Positions 8,099 to 14,286 of a stretch of DNA of 14,286 nucleotides are shown here, in pieces. A program made the position numbers and the translations under genes. Below the pieces are notes generated by a model. It saw only the letters and a list, made by a program, of their open reading frames with translations. It was not told the DNA's origin and searched no databases. The stretch's first letter is position 1. Each line of letters opens with the position of its first letter. Source of the stretch: an uncultured Fibrobacterales bacterium (GTDB taxonomy: Bacteria > Fibrobacterota > Fibrobacteria > Fibrobacterales > CAWVXU01); the NCBI GenBank assembly GCA_963934255.1, contig CAWVXU010000067.1, positions 1 through 14,286 of the forward strand. The letters run 5' to 3'.

Positions 8099-10094
8099 TT
8101 TCTAAAATTTCCTTAATAGCACTCACTAGGCTTTGTAGTTCAGCTTGAGTATGATTGGCATGTATATTAATTCGAAGGCGTGCAGTGTTTTTAGGAACAC
8201 TAGGGTGTCTTACTGCTTGGACCCAAAACCCTGCATCTTGGAGTTTCTGGCTCCACATCACTGCCCGTAGATTTGACCCAAGGACAACAGGAATAATTTG
8301 TGTTTGTGAGTTGAGGGTATCTAATCCAAGCCCTTTGATTTGATCTCGAAACCAAGAAGCTTTCTCTAAAAGTAAAGCTCGATCTTGATCCATTGATTGA
8401 ACCATATTCATAGAATTAAGAATCAAATTGGCGACCAATGGCGGGGTGGCTGTGGAGAAAATAAAACTCCGAGCCCTTTGTGTCAGATACGAGATGGTAG
8501 TTTTGTCACCACTGACAATAGCACCAGAACAGGCGAAAGCTTTACCCAAAGTACTCATGACAAGGTGGACTCTTTTTTCAAGACCAAGGTGATGCACCAT
8601 GCCTTTACCTTGATTACCCCAGATACCATCTGAATGAGCTTCATCAACTATCATAAAGGCATTAAAGCTTTCTGCAAGTTCAGTGATTTGTTCTAAGGGA
8701 GCGATGTCGCCGTCCATGGAAAAAACTGATTCACTCATGATGACTTGTTCTCCCGGGTATTGGGTCAAAAGTTGTTTCAAATGGGTGATATCATTGTGGC
8801 GATAACGGTGAAGCTTGGCCCCTGAGAGCTGGATCCCATCATAAATACTTGCGTGGTTAAGTTTATCAGAAAACACATGGGTATCTTTATTTGTTAAAGC
8901 TTGAATGACGCCTAAATTAGCGCTATATCCAGAATTAAAAAACAAAGCCGCCTCAGAGTTTTTCCATTGAGCCCATTTAGTTTCAAGTTCGTGGAATACT
9001 TGTGAATCCCCCCCTAATAGTCTTGAACCCAAAGCACCTTGCAGTCGAGGCTTGATATCTTTAAATCCATCAAGGGTGGGGAAGCCTAGTAGTGGTTTTG
9101 GTTTGTGCACTGCAGTTTCATTGACGAAGTTTGGGTGATTTGACACACCTAAATAATCGTTGGAAGTGAAGTCAATTTTTTGACAGTTAATTTCATAGGG
9201 CGTGAGTGATCTTGTCAGGCCCATTTTATCAATTTCAACTAGTTCAGAGTCAAGTCGCTGAGTAAGGAGATTTGATTTATTGGTTTGAATTGAGTCGTTG
9301 TGAGACATACTTGTTAAAGGCTTTATTTGCTCAATCGAATTGACTGTTTGAATAAGGTTTTTAAAATCGGGATGTTTATTTAACCATGAATCCCAACTAC
9401 GAGTAGTCCACTGACCCCAATCTTCCCAGGCAGGAAGCTGAATAATTGATTTTAATGAAGAGTTCGCTAATTCTAGGATAGTGTCTTTGTTGTTTTGAAT
9501 GAGTTCATTTTGACTAAGACAATTAGAGTGATGAGTAAAGGCAATTAGTTCAGATGGAATTACATTAGGACAACTCGCCAAATTTTGTAAACTAAGTAAA
9601 GTGTGATTGAGGGTGCCAAGTAGAGGCGAACAAGCCATAGTGATAGGCCATTCAAAGTGTTGTGCCAAATCTAACATATCAAATTTGGGTTTCATTGATA
9701 GTGGTACTTTGAGTCCACCAGCACCTTCAATAACAATGAGATCAAATTCTTGTGAATTTATGCGGTGCCAAGTAGCCTCCAGGTCACGCAGTTCGAAATT
9801 TCTATTCTCAAGCTCAAAGGCTCGGTGTGGAGAGCAGGGTTCCTTTAAAAAGATACCCGTTTCGATTTTCAGATTATTACTTAAATGGAAATCACTTGAA
9901 CCTACTAAGTGTTTTAAAAGCTGAGAATCACCTTCAGGAAAATTGAGTCCATTCCAATCGACTGAACCACACTGTATTGGCTTCCAATAACATACCTTGA
10001 GCCCTAAGTGTAAGGCCGCTTGAACCATAAATGCCGAGTAAAATGTTTTACCGACGTCGGTCCCTGTTCCGCTTATAAAAATTGCTTGACTCAT
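8091..10094 (-). CDS. bioD-bioF: Fused dethiobiotin synthetase / 8-amino-7-oxononanoate synthase (BioD-BioF)
   Basis: 667 aa single ORF. BioD half: FISGTGTDVGKT, WKPIQCG, SPH, IEGAGG, LGTLNHT. BioF half: DFTSNDYLG, GSRLLGG, FNSGYSAN, DKLNHAS, ESVFSMDGD, DEAH, STLGKAF (PLP lysine), ARLRI. Confidence 0.93.
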   Translation of the reverse strand: MSQAIFISGTGTDVGKTFYSAFMVQAALHLGLKVCYWKPIQCGSVDWNGLNFPEGDSQLLKHLVGSSDFHLSNNLKIETGIFLKEPCSPHRAFELENRNFELRDLEATWHRINSQEFDLIVIEGAGGLKVPLSMKPKFDMLDLAQHFEWPITMACSPLLGTLNHTLLSLQNLASCPNVIPSELIAFTHHSNCLSQNELIQNNKDTILELANSSLKSIIQLPAWEDWGQWTTRSWDSWLNKHPDFKNLIQTVNSIEQIKPLTSMSHNDSIQTNKSNLLTQRLDSELVEIDKMGLTRSLTPYEINCQKIDFTSNDYLGVSNHPNFVNETAVHKPKPLLGFPTLDGFKDIKPRLQGALGSRLLGGDSQVFHELETKWAQWKNSEAALFFNSGYSANLGVIQALTNKDTHVFSDKLNHASIYDGIQLSGAKLHRYRHNDITHLKQLLTQYPGEQVIMSESVFSMDGDIAPLEQITELAESFNAFMIVDEAHSDGIWGNQGKGMVHHLGLEKRVHLVMSTLGKAFACSGAIVSGDKTTISYLTQRARSFIFSTATPPLVANLILNSMNMVQSMDQDRALLLEKASWFRDQIKGLGLDTLNSQTQIIPVVLGSNLRAVMWSQKLQDAGFWVQAVRHPSVPKNTARLRINIHANHTQAELQSLVSAIKEILENE

Positions 10095-11917
10095 TGATTA
10101 TTTCGAGAAGACGAGTGAGAAGAAGAATAAGAAGAGTGTGAAGAAATGGCTAAGAGATACCATGCCGCATGAGGAATCCATTGCTCACCCCAACGCCATT
10201 TTTGATCGCCTTGATTCTTGGCTTCAATAGGAGCAAAATCAATTCCCAACTCATTAGTGAAGCCACCCGTGATGCCATTACAAATTCCACCAACACACGG
10301 TGGATAGGCTTTCTCATACTGCGGATTGTTTCGGCCATGTCCGTGAAGCATACACATATTATAGGGGTTAATACCTAAAATCCAATCAATTTGCATTCGA
10401 GCGAAATAGTTGAGATTGACTTTAAGTTCTTGAATACTCAGAGTATTTTGGTGGTCATATTTATTTTCATCAAAGTGTGCATCAAGAAAATTAAGCGCTA
10501 GCCAGCATGAAGAAGACAGTGAGCTGAGTCGAGCATTTTCACCCTGCCACCAATAGCCGGATTCATTTTCATGGGGAACAAAGAAGCTAGAGCGTGGTTC
10601 CTTGGCCAAATCTTTAACATATTGTCTAGCCAAACCAAATGGATTAAAAACTTCGCTAGAAATCGATAATTCAAAAGCTAAGGCCTTGATAATACATTCC
10701 ATAGCAGCCTGTTGTGTGGACTGAGTTAAAAATGGATAAGCTTCAATAAGTGTAATGACTGGTAGACCTGCATCTGCAGCGTGAAAAAAAGGCCTAGGTT
10801 CCGTATCTTGTTCATTGGATCTAAACCAGCCAACAAATTGATCATCTTGACTTTGTCGTTCGATAAGTTTTTTAGCCCAAGTATTGATGTCAGTTTGGTA
10901 ATCAAGACCTGCGCGAGTTAATTCGACCGACGCTATCAGCCCGCAATATTGATCAATAATATTCTCTCGCCCATCATCTAGATATGAGTTATTATTGATT
11001 TTTAAATGGTCGTAGGCAATTTGAGCCTGGGATAAATAATACTCACTAGTGAAATCGCCTTGAATGCCAAGACTTTGTGACATGACTGAGGCTTTGGCCA
11101 GAGCTGCAATACTCATTCCTGCGCCTTGTCTCAAACCAGCTTGCCATTTGTCGCTCTTAATTCCATCTTGAGTTGAATAAGTGCAAGCTTCTCTTTGCTC
11201 GAGATCCTTAGACCATTTGTCAAATACAGTCATTACCATGGCTCCACTTTGAGTCACCATACGAGCGAGGAAGTCTGCCCCATGAAGTGCTTCGTATGCC
11301 ATGCGTTCTTGAAGCTTGATATGAGCCAGATCATTTTGATGAGAAAACAATTCTCTACTCTTCATCAAGTTCCAAACAACCAGAGGAGTTTGTTGAGGAT
11401 TCATAAAATTAGCATAAGACAAGTGAGACAGATATTTGGAAACATCACCTGATGCATCGTACCAGCCCCCACTGAGGTCGAGTGGATCTATTGATTTAAG
11501 ATGCAGCTGAGTTTGATCACTTGAGTCTTTATAGAATGAACAATTTTTGTCTTTGACATTGTACTGATCTGAGCACCTCTGTACTTTAAAATAATTGAGA
11601 ACATCTGAAAGTGTTTCTTCAATGAGTAGGTTTTCTTTAATTTGAAAAATATCAGAATCAATTGAAGTATCATCAACGAGGACTCGAATAAATGCAGGCC
11701 CCTCAGTACAGGCTTCACTGAGGTCAAACTCATAAAAAAACCCTTTATCCCAATGAGGAATTCGACCGGCGCTACAGGCTGTGCCAGAGGCGAGAAGCTG
11801 TCCTGTTTCTGCATGGAAAGCTTGAAAATCAGGAGTTAGCTCTAACTCGGCTGAATTGAGCAGGGCTTTTTTTGGGGCATTTAATTCATACCCGATATGG
11901 TTGACGAGAATCTTCAT
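10091..11917 (-). CDS. Glycoside hydrolase family 9 with N-terminal Ig-like domain, no signal peptide (resembles the exo-acting Vibrio VC0615 / exo-beta-glucosaminidase-type GH9)
   Basis: VNHIGY N-terminus; GGWYDASGDVSKYLSHLSYANFMNPQQTP; YWWQGENARL; WILGINPY; GGICNGIT; WRWGEQWIPH. Start set to ATG 11917 (MKILVNHIGY) rather than TTG 11929. Confidence 0.9.
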   Translation of the reverse strand: MKILVNHIGYELNAPKKALLNSAELELTPDFQAFHAETGQLLASGTACSAGRIPHWDKGFFYEFDLSEACTEGPAFIRVLVDDTSIDSDIFQIKENLLIEETLSDVLNYFKVQRCSDQYNVKDKNCSFYKDSSDQTQLHLKSIDPLDLSGGWYDASGDVSKYLSHLSYANFMNPQQTPLVVWNLMKSRELFSHQNDLAHIKLQERMAYEALHGADFLARMVTQSGAMVMTVFDKWSKDLEQREACTYSTQDGIKSDKWQAGLRQGAGMSIAALAKASVMSQSLGIQGDFTSEYYLSQAQIAYDHLKINNNSYLDDGRENIIDQYCGLIASVELTRAGLDYQTDINTWAKKLIERQSQDDQFVGWFRSNEQDTEPRPFFHAADAGLPVITLIEAYPFLTQSTQQAAMECIIKALAFELSISSEVFNPFGLARQYVKDLAKEPRSSFFVPHENESGYWWQGENARLSSLSSSCWLALNFLDAHFDENKYDHQNTLSIQELKVNLNYFARMQIDWILGINPYNMCMLHGHGRNNPQYEKAYPPCVGGICNGITGGFTNELGIDFAPIEAKNQGDQKWRWGEQWIPHAAWYLLAISSHSSYSSSHSSSRNNQ

Positions 11918-12018
11918 ATTAGTACCCAAATGTCGTTTTTTAGGGATGAGAGAATTGTTTCTTTTACTAAAAATAGGTAAGTTATGTCTAAAAATAATTA
12001 TTCAATGTGGAGAAACAA

Positions 12019-12747
12019 ATGAAAAGTACAAATCCTGTTTGGAAAGACGAATTATTTCGTCCTTCAGGTGAGACATCTTCTGGCACTATGACCATTAATG
12101 GAGCTATTCAAAAAACAAGTTTACTTTTGATGATTGTTATTTTAACAGGTGCTTTTTCTTGGTGGCAGTTTGCGGAAGGAAGTTCAGTACCTTATCTTTG
12201 GATTGGTCTTGGTGGTGGATTAGTATTTGGTCTATGGACTAGTTTCTCTCCGACAAAAGCTCCCATGACTGCGCCTCTATATGCTGGTTTTCAGGGATTA
12301 TTCCTTGGCTATATCTCAGCTATCTATGGGCAGCAATATGCTGGAATTCCAGAGCAAGCCTTCTTTTTGACTATGCTTACTCTTGGCTTGATGCTTCTGC
12401 TTTATTATACTCGGATTATTCGCGTGACTGAGAAATTTAGAAGTATCATAACAATGGCTGTTGGTGGGATCGCCTTGACCTATCTATTTGCATTTATAGG
12501 TGGTATGTTCGGGATGGACACATCATTCTTATACGGCAATGGGATGATGAGTATTGGTATTAGTATCTTCGTTATTGTGATTGCATCACTCAGTTTGTTA
12601 ATGGACTTTGATAATATTGAGCGCGGCGCTCAAAGTCAAGCTCCTAAGTATATGGAGTGGTACTGTGCATTTGGGCTGATCGTGACACTCATTTGGCTAT
12701 ATCTTGAATTTTTGAGACTTCTATCCAAATTGCAATCTCGTGATTAA
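12019..12747 (+). CDS. Bax inhibitor-1/YccA family membrane protein
   Basis: MKSTNPV start, MTINGAIQKT, APLYAGFQGLFLG, and LLMDFDNIERG...APKYMEWYCAFGLIVTLIWLYLEFLRLL; about 7 TM helices. GGAG at 12009-12012 precedes ATG 12019. Confidence 0.92.
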   Translation: MKSTNPVWKDELFRPSGETSSGTMTINGAIQKTSLLLMIVILTGAFSWWQFAEGSSVPYLWIGLGGGLVFGLWTSFSPTKAPMTAPLYAGFQGLFLGYISAIYGQQYAGIPEQAFFLTMLTLGLMLLLYYTRIIRVTEKFRSIITMAVGGIALTYLFAFIGGMFGMDTSFLYGNGMMSIGISIFVIVIASLSLLMDFDNIERGAQSQAPKYMEWYCAFGLIVTLIWLYLEFLRLLSKLQSRD

Positions 12748-12774
12748 TAAATAGAATTCTCAGTTTCAAAATTT

Positions 12775-12809
12775 AAAGCTTTTATTTCTAATGAAGTAGG
12801 AGCTTTTTT
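12775..12809 (+). terminator. Intrinsic terminator after the YccA-family gene
   Basis: AAAGCTTTTATTTC-TAAT-GAAGTAGGAGCTTT forms a 14-bp stem with three G-U pairs (which pair only in the + strand transcript) and ends in a T6 run. It lies between convergent genes. Confidence 0.7.
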
Positions 12810-12818
12810 ATGTCTTGA

Positions 12819-13664
12819 CTATTGATTTGCCTGAGGCCTGGTCAATTCAAGTACAAATCCACTGATGAAATAATCCTCTGCCTTGAGTTCGCTTTGAATC
12901 AAATCGGAATGAATTTTGATCGGCGGATAGTGGCCTAGATGAGAGAATTTTGCATCCAAAGGGTATTTGGCAACGACTTCTTTGTAATAAGGCAGTAAAA
13001 ATCGATTCATGAAGCATTTGGGATCATTGTACTTGGCCCACTTCGCCTTTGAGTACTTGAGGTGCTTGAGTAGGTTATTCATGAGTATTGGGCGTGTGAA
13101 TTTAAACTTATCAAACACATGGTAGGTGTGATCTGAAAGGTCCACCAAGTTCCAAGAGTAGCCTATATTGGGTAATAAGAGCTGTGATTGGTATTGATAG
13201 AACTCATCTAAGCTTGAAACATGCTCTAATACAAGGTGTGAAAATGAGTAATGATACTGGTTTTGGAATTGTTCTATGATTTCTTTAGCACTTCGGACAA
13301 TCTGGATATGAGGTTCGACTTCATTGAGTGGAAGTCCTTGGTATCGAGCAAAATATTCTGCGTGTTGAGACCTAAGTATTTGCTTAAAATCTTCATCTAT
13401 AGCCCAAGCAGGCTCAATTAAAAGAACATCTTGAGCTCCCTTATTGAGAAAGAAAAATGAAGTGAAAAATTGTTTTCCACAGCCAAATTCAACGACTTTT
13501 TTTTGCTTAAAAGCACCTTGAATCACTTCAGAATACTTGTTGAAAATCTTTTCGTAGGTATCGAGTGTCATCCACTGCTTTTCACGCCCTAGATTTTTTT
13601 TAAGACTAGAATAAAAGGTAGAATTAAGGTTTTTACGAAATAATTTCCAAATGTTATCAAGCAT
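12819..13664 (-). CDS. Class I SAM-dependent methyltransferase, substrate unknown
   Basis: 281 aa. VVEFGCG motif I, FSHLVLEHV, VDLSDH, MNR. Confidence 0.8.
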   Translation of the reverse strand: MLDNIWKLFRKNLNSTFYSSLKKNLGREKQWMTLDTYEKIFNKYSEVIQGAFKQKKVVEFGCGKQFFTSFFFLNKGAQDVLLIEPAWAIDEDFKQILRSQHAEYFARYQGLPLNEVEPHIQIVRSAKEIIEQFQNQYHYSFSHLVLEHVSSLDEFYQYQSQLLLPNIGYSWNLVDLSDHTYHVFDKFKFTRPILMNNLLKHLKYSKAKWAKYNDPKCFMNRFLLPYYKEVVAKYPLDAKFSHLGHYPPIKIHSDLIQSELKAEDYFISGFVLELTRPQANQ

Positions 13665-13698
13665 AATGGGCCTTTCAAAGGAGAATATAGATTTTTAC

Positions 13699-13727
13699 TT
13701 GGACATAGAGAGACTTGATACTAAATT
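13699..13727 (+). promoter_or_regulatory. Putative sigma70-type promoter of the tRNA
   Basis: TTGGAC-N17-TAAATT ending 9 nt before the tRNA 5' end. Confidence 0.4.
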
Positions 13728-13736
13728 TGACACACC

Positions 13737-13810
13737 GGACGTTTAGCTCAGCTGGTTAGAGCATCACCTCGACAAGGTGGGGGTCACTGGTTCGAATCCA
13801 GTAACGTCTA
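13737..13810 (+). tRNA. tRNA-Val(GAC), CCA not encoded
   Basis: Cloverleaf: acceptor GGACGTT/AACGTCT, D arm GCTC/GAGC, anticodon arm TCACC-TCGACAA-GGTGG (GAC at 13771-13773), T arm ACTGG-TTCGAAT-CCAGT, discriminator A. Confidence 0.96.
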
Positions 13811-13813
13811 TAT

Positions 13814-13846
13814 AAAGCCTGTATCTTTGAGATACAGGCTTTTTTT
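13814..13846 (+). terminator. Intrinsic terminator after tRNA-Val
   Basis: Perfect inverted repeat AAAGCCTGTATCT-TTG-AGATACAGGCTTT running into a T tract. Confidence 0.9.
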
Positions 13847-13869
13847 GCTTGGTTTACAGATCAAGAAAT

Positions 13870-14034
13870 TAAGCGTCTAAATATCTCAAATTAACAAAAG
13901 GTTATCAGGTGGGATATTTAAGCCTTCAGGAGTTGGATGAGTGGATTTTATCAAAAGCGCATAATGGCGCCGCAAAGAAAAAACTAGAAGAAGAGATCAA
14001 GCGATTATATATGAAGTATATGAAGGTGGAGTAA
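13870..14034 (+). pseudogene. Remnant of an excisionase-like (HTH_17/MerR-type) DNA-binding gene
   Basis: Frame reads *ASKYLKLTKGYQVGYLSLQELDEWILSKAHNGAAKKKLEEEIKRLYMKYMKVE*. Both ends of the xis HTH pattern (EAA.YL.LSK.Y ... ELDEW) are present, the middle appears missing, and there is no ATG ahead of the HTH. Confidence 0.5.
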
Positions 14035-14038
14035 AATT

Positions 14039-14279
14039 ATGTCAGAAGTAAAAGATTGTCCGTTTTGTGGAGAAGAAATTAAAGCCGTAGCAATTAAATC
14101 AAAACCAAGATTTTAATGGAGTAATCAAAGTCAAGCGCATTGGTGGAAATTATGAATTAATTGGTTTTTTCATGATATTAGCAGTAGCAGGATTAGGAGT
14201 ATTTTTACTTTCAAGCACAATATTTTTTGTGATATTGGGTTTAGGTTTGATGACTTTTTTATATGATAGATTCTACTAA
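14039..14279 (+). pseudogene. Frameshifted zinc-ribbon plus two-TM small membrane protein
   Basis: GGAG then ATG 14039: MSEVKDCPFCGEEIKAVAIKSKPRF* (stop 14116) lacks the second CxxC. The +1 frame from about 14100 continues QNQDFNGVIKVKRIGGNYELIGFFMILAVAGLGVFLLSSTIFFVILGLGLMTFLYDRFY* (stop 14279). Confidence 0.65.
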
Positions 14280-14286
14280 TATGGAG

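Noticed and set aside
318..11814. Short antisense or out-of-frame ORFs (318-686, 1184-1471, 2155-2562, 4048-4284, 4344-4529, 6037-6273, 7720-7950, 8155-8343, 8397-8633, 9607-9924, 10150-10338, 10169-10378, 11195-11452, 11488-11814)
   Set aside because: All lie within well-supported genes and show no recognisable motifs; they are shadow ORFs.
11918..12018. BirA operator for the biotin genes
   Set aside because: No TGTAAACC-N-GGTTTACA dyad here. A lone GGTTTACA at 13851-13858 is far away and unpaired.
11856..12071. 71-aa ORF spanning the divergent promoter
   Set aside because: It overlaps both flanking genes, has a non-ATG start and shows no motif.
1..14286. CRISPR array, IS element or integrase, rRNA, riboswitch
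   Set aside because: No regularly spaced DNA repeats, transposase or recombinase motifs, or recognisable structured RNA other than the tRNA; intergenic gaps are short.

Overview
AT-rich bacterial window with four parts. (1) 1-6506 (-) is a tightly coupled phosphate/polyphosphate-themed operon: a VTC-domain (polyphosphate polymerase/CYTH-fold) gene, a Na/Pi-cotransporter with an N-terminal signal peptide plus IPT/TIG domain and degenerate transport motifs, an OprO/OprP-like porin, a thymidylate-kinase-fold protein fused to about 9 helical repeats, a DUF4956 membrane protein, and a stop-interrupted lamin-tail-domain gene running off the left edge. (2) 6621-11917 (-) is a signal-peptide-less GH9 hydrolase coupled to a biotin cluster: a BioD-BioF fusion, a BioH-like esterase and BioC. 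(3) 12019-13846 holds a YccA/Bax-inhibitor-1 gene, a SAM methyltransferase and tRNA-Val(GAC), with terminators. (4) 13870-14279 holds decayed gene remnants downstream of the tRNA (excisionase-like HTH; zinc-ribbon membrane protein). The best candidate for an undescribed system is the VTC operon. All family calls come from motif recognition by eye; no searches were run.
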